NCBI GenBank assembly: GCA_964234715.1
Contig: OZ174280.1
DNA from: Podarcis melisellensis
Lineage: Eukaryota
Strand: one strand, 5' to 3'
Length of the DNA: 64,000 nucleotides
Under the pieces are notes generated by a model. That model was not told the origin of the DNA. It ran no database searches and was given only the letters and a program-made list of their open reading frames with translations. The position numbers were made by a program, and so were the translations under genes. Below are positions 63,601 through 64,000 of the stretch, piece by piece. Positions within the stretch are counted from its first letter, which is position 1. Every line of letters begins with the position of its first letter.

Positions 63601-63725
63601 ATGTGATTTAGACTCTAGAAGACCTCTTTCCTTACCTGTTCTCTACAAGGAAATCTACCACACATTTCTTCAAGCAGTACAGATGAGCATCCATCAGTCC
63701 TGTCCTAATGTGCATTTTAGAATGC
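21226..63725 (-). CDS. EIF2B3: eIF2B gamma subunit, 5'-partial spliced CDS: join(63636-63725, 50925-51055, 50445-50635, 46527-46604, 44909-45057, 29070-29173, 21226-21278). Upstream exons lie beyond the right edge.
   Basis: Seven exons, all bounded by AG/GT with matching phases. They splice into one open frame: [20 protein letters not shown]...[20 protein letters not shown]...[16 protein letters not shown]...left-handed beta-helix repeats...[13 protein letters not shown], recognisable as the vertebrate eIF2B gamma C-terminal half. Confidence 0.97.
23772..23910. mobile_element. hAT-type MITE
   Basis: CAGGGG...CTCCTG ends, a perfect 8-bp TSD ACTTAGAC (23764-23771 and 23911-23918), and an internal imperfect palindrome. 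Confidence 0.88.
26910..27149. mobile_element. Tc1/mariner (pogo/Tigger-like) MITE
   Basis: TIR CAGTGGTACCTTGGTT / AACCAAGGTACCACTG with TA TSD on both sides; CpG-rich, so probably young. Confidence 0.92.
29070..29173 (-). CDS. EIF2B3: EIF2B3 exon (~exon 11), 104 bp: [34 protein letters not shown]
   Basis: Acceptor ATTACAG|G and donor T|GTAAGC; LbH repeats. Confidence 0.96.
29195..29440 (-). mobile_element. tRNA/CORE-type SINE immediately upstream of the exon 11 acceptor
   Basis: + strand reads GATTTGAACCCTGGTCTCCCAGGTCCTAGTCCAGGACTCTTAACCACCACACCATGCTGGCT. Confidence 0.85.
29507..29520 (+). promoter_or_regulatory. CTCF-like site
   Basis: CCACCAGGGGACAG matches the core consensus at 13/14 positions. 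Confidence 0.35.
29530..29696 (+). mobile_element. Degenerate SINE with CR1-like tail
   Basis: CCCTGCCTGAGATCCTGGAAAATGACTGC...GACAATACTGGTCTAGATG...GGCAGCTTCCTATG. Confidence 0.6.
30455..30532 (-). mobile_element. CR1-tail SINE 3' fragment
   Basis: AGAATCATAGAATTGTAGAGTTGGAAGAGACC...CATCTAGTCCAACCCCCTGC. Confidence 0.8.
33000..33241. mobile_element. Tc1/mariner (pogo/Tigger-like) MITE
   Basis: TIR CAGTGGTACCTCGGGTTA / TAACCCGAGGTACCACTG, TA TSDs, and internal repeated TTCAGGTTA. Confidence 0.93.
33697..33988. mobile_element. hAT-type MITE
   Basis: CAGTGGCTCCCAAGTGG...CCACTTTGGGAACCCGT, repeated GGACCA subterminal motifs, and an 8-bp TSD GGTATATT. Confidence 0.75.
34725..34871 (+). mobile_element. 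tRNA-Lys-derived SINE with CR1-like tail (poly-G expansion in the B-box region)
   Basis: AGAGCATGAGACTCTTAATCTCAGGGTC...CCCCACGTTGGGCAAAAGATTC...GGACTAGATGACCC. Confidence 0.85.
38554..38562 (-). promoter_or_regulatory. Perfect GLI consensus site GACCACCCA (EIF2B3 intron 10)
   Basis: The + strand reads TGGGTGGTC(TG). Confidence 0.55.
44782..44817 (+). pseudogene. Possible 3'-truncated U2 snRNA retro-fragment
   Basis: GCTTCT..CGGGGCTTTCAGCCAAGATCAAGTGT resembles the U2 5' end GCTTCTCGGCCTTTTGGCTAAGATCAAGTGT; the last 12 nt are exact. Confidence 0.45.
44909..45057 (-). CDS. EIF2B3: EIF2B3 exon (~exon 10), 149 bp: [50 protein letters not shown]
   Basis: Acceptor CCTCTCAAG|GTT and donor GG|GTAGGT; shows the hexapeptide (LbH) repeat pattern. 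Confidence 0.96.
45428..45642 (+). mobile_element. L2 LINE 3' end with (AATC)n tail
   Basis: GTGGCACC..CCCTGTGGAATGCCCTCCC...GGAAGCCGCCCAGAGTGGCTGG; (AATC)8 at 45611-45642. Confidence 0.8.
45937..46396. mobile_element. Foldback MITE with a nested short hAT-like element (46217-46333)
   Basis: Inverted arms GCTGAG..ATGAGTGA / TCACTCAT.CTCAGC, CCTGAATGCAGT / ACTGCATTCAGG and AACCAGGAAACT / AGTTTCCTGGTT. The nested element TGGGCGTAG...CTATGCCCA has an 8-bp TSD TTCAGGCA. Confidence 0.75.
46527..46604 (-). CDS. EIF2B3: EIF2B3 exon (~exon 9), 78 bp: [26 protein letters not shown]
   Basis: Acceptor TCTTTCAG|GTT and donor CTG|GTGAGT; phase 0/0. Confidence 0.95.
47935..48470 (-). mobile_element. Degenerate non-LTR retrotransposon 3' fragment
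   Basis: Tail-like end (ATTTCTTATTCAAAGTACTTATAGGCCACCTTTC) and a decayed C-terminal remnant resembling a zinc knuckle (TIVEHF). Confidence 0.4.
50185..50224. repeat. (AAAC)~10 at the end of an L2-like tail (~50085-50224)
   Basis: Direct reading. Confidence 0.9.
50445..50635 (-). CDS. EIF2B3: EIF2B3 exon (~exon 8), 191 bp: [15 protein letters not shown]...[28 protein letters not shown]
   Basis: Acceptor GTACAG|AC and donor CAG|GTAAAA; lies within track ORF 50295-50801. Confidence 0.96.
50925..51055 (-). CDS. EIF2B3: EIF2B3 exon (~exon 7), 131 bp: [43 protein letters not shown]
   Basis: Acceptor CCCCTAG|G and donor G|GTTAGT; contains the [16 protein letters not shown] motif. Confidence 0.96.
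51478..51742 (+). mobile_element. CR1 LINE 3' end
   Basis: GATGGCTTTAAAAGAGGATTAGACAAATTCAC ([10 protein letters not shown])...GGCCACTGTGAGAAGAGAATGCTGGACTAGA...TCCAGCAGGGC. Confidence 0.85.
52620..52762. mobile_element. Degenerate hAT-type MITE
   Basis: GGGATGATGGGAGCTGCAGTCCAGTAATATCTGGAGG; same family as the copies at 10326 and 23772. Confidence 0.65.
54750..54905. mobile_element. Non-autonomous DNA transposon fragment
   Basis: CATACATTTAAAGCAGCACCATACCACTTAAAACAGTCATGGCT...GGGAACTGTAGTT; related to the copy at 10930. Confidence 0.6.
58185..58740 (+). mobile_element. L2/CR1-group LINE reverse-transcriptase fragment, frameshifted
   Basis: Encodes [19 protein letters not shown] (from 58272), YVDDIQF (a decayed YADD motif, 58542-58562) and [12 protein letters not shown]. 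Confidence 0.88.
60365..60510 (+). mobile_element. Degenerate CORE-type SINE
   Basis: GACCTTGAGCCAGTCAC...CCTTACAGGGTTACTGGGATGATAAAATGGGG. Confidence 0.6.
60670..61320 (-). mobile_element. Degenerate L2 LINE 3' fragment
   Basis: AAGACCAGCACCTTGAATTGAGCCCAGAA, GTATTCTGCAAAAACTGAAGCTTC and TACAGCAGCCTAATCTGGAGGTCACT motifs, plus an L2-type tail at the low-coordinate end. Confidence 0.65.
61992..62000 (-). promoter_or_regulatory. Perfect GLI consensus site GACCACCCA (EIF2B3 intron 6)
   Basis: The + strand reads TGGGTGGTC(TC). Confidence 0.55.
63636..63725 (-). CDS. EIF2B3: EIF2B3 exon (~exon 6), 90 bp: [29 protein letters not shown]
   Basis: Acceptor TTTCCAG|G and donor AG|GTAAGG; contains the DAHLYCLKK motif. 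Confidence 0.96.
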
Positions 63726-64000
63726 CTGGAAAGGGAATGAAAGAGAGTGAAGTTATTCGGCTCTGCATTCCCCAGCCATTTTAAGAGCTCCACTTTAAAA
63801 TCACTACATGGTAAAACTTTACAAGAGACATCTGTGTTCCCAAACCCTTGCTGCGGAATTAGTAGGGAGGTGAATGTTGATGGCTTCCATGACTAGACTG
63901 TGTCATACAAACATACACCTGTTTATCCATTGCCCTTATTCCATAAGTGCTGTAGGCTCCAGCCTGCAAAAGCTTGGGCCACAATTAATCCAATAGTCTT

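Noticed and set aside
1-64000. CRISPR arrays, operons, intact transposase/RT or viral ORFs, snoRNA/miRNA genes
   Set aside because: None seen. The hairpins present are explained by MITEs and the RT remnants are frameshifted. An Rfam/miRBase scan would be needed to exclude small RNAs fully.

Overview
This is vertebrate genomic DNA, strongly CpG-depleted and repeat-rich. A full-length Sauria SINE and tRNA/CORE-type SINEs point to a squamate, probably a lacertid lizard (inference). The only coding gene I can support is the 3' part of EIF2B3 (eIF2B gamma) on the minus strand. It has seven GT-AG exons with consistent phases, from 63725 down to the stop codon at 21226 (exons 6-12 in human numbering as I recall it), plus a short 3' UTR with tandem AATAAA. 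Bases 1-21050 are intergenic and, by recalled vertebrate synteny, should lead toward the 5' end of PTCH2; I see no recognisable PTCH2 coding sequence. The rest is SINEs, L2/CR1 fragments, hAT and Tc1/mariner MITEs, microsatellites and one 159-N gap. The best leads are regulatory: (1) three perfect, co-oriented GLI sites (TGGGTGGTCT) in repeat-poor blocks, suggesting Hedgehog-responsive PTCH2 enhancers inside and beyond EIF2B3; (2) two independent RNA-processing routes that both yield the same C-terminally truncated eIF2B gamma ending ...EEG*; (3) a candidate upstream first exon and a CTCF site near 1.4-2.3 kb. I found no evidence of a novel multi-gene system, and almost all ORFs in the track are spurious.
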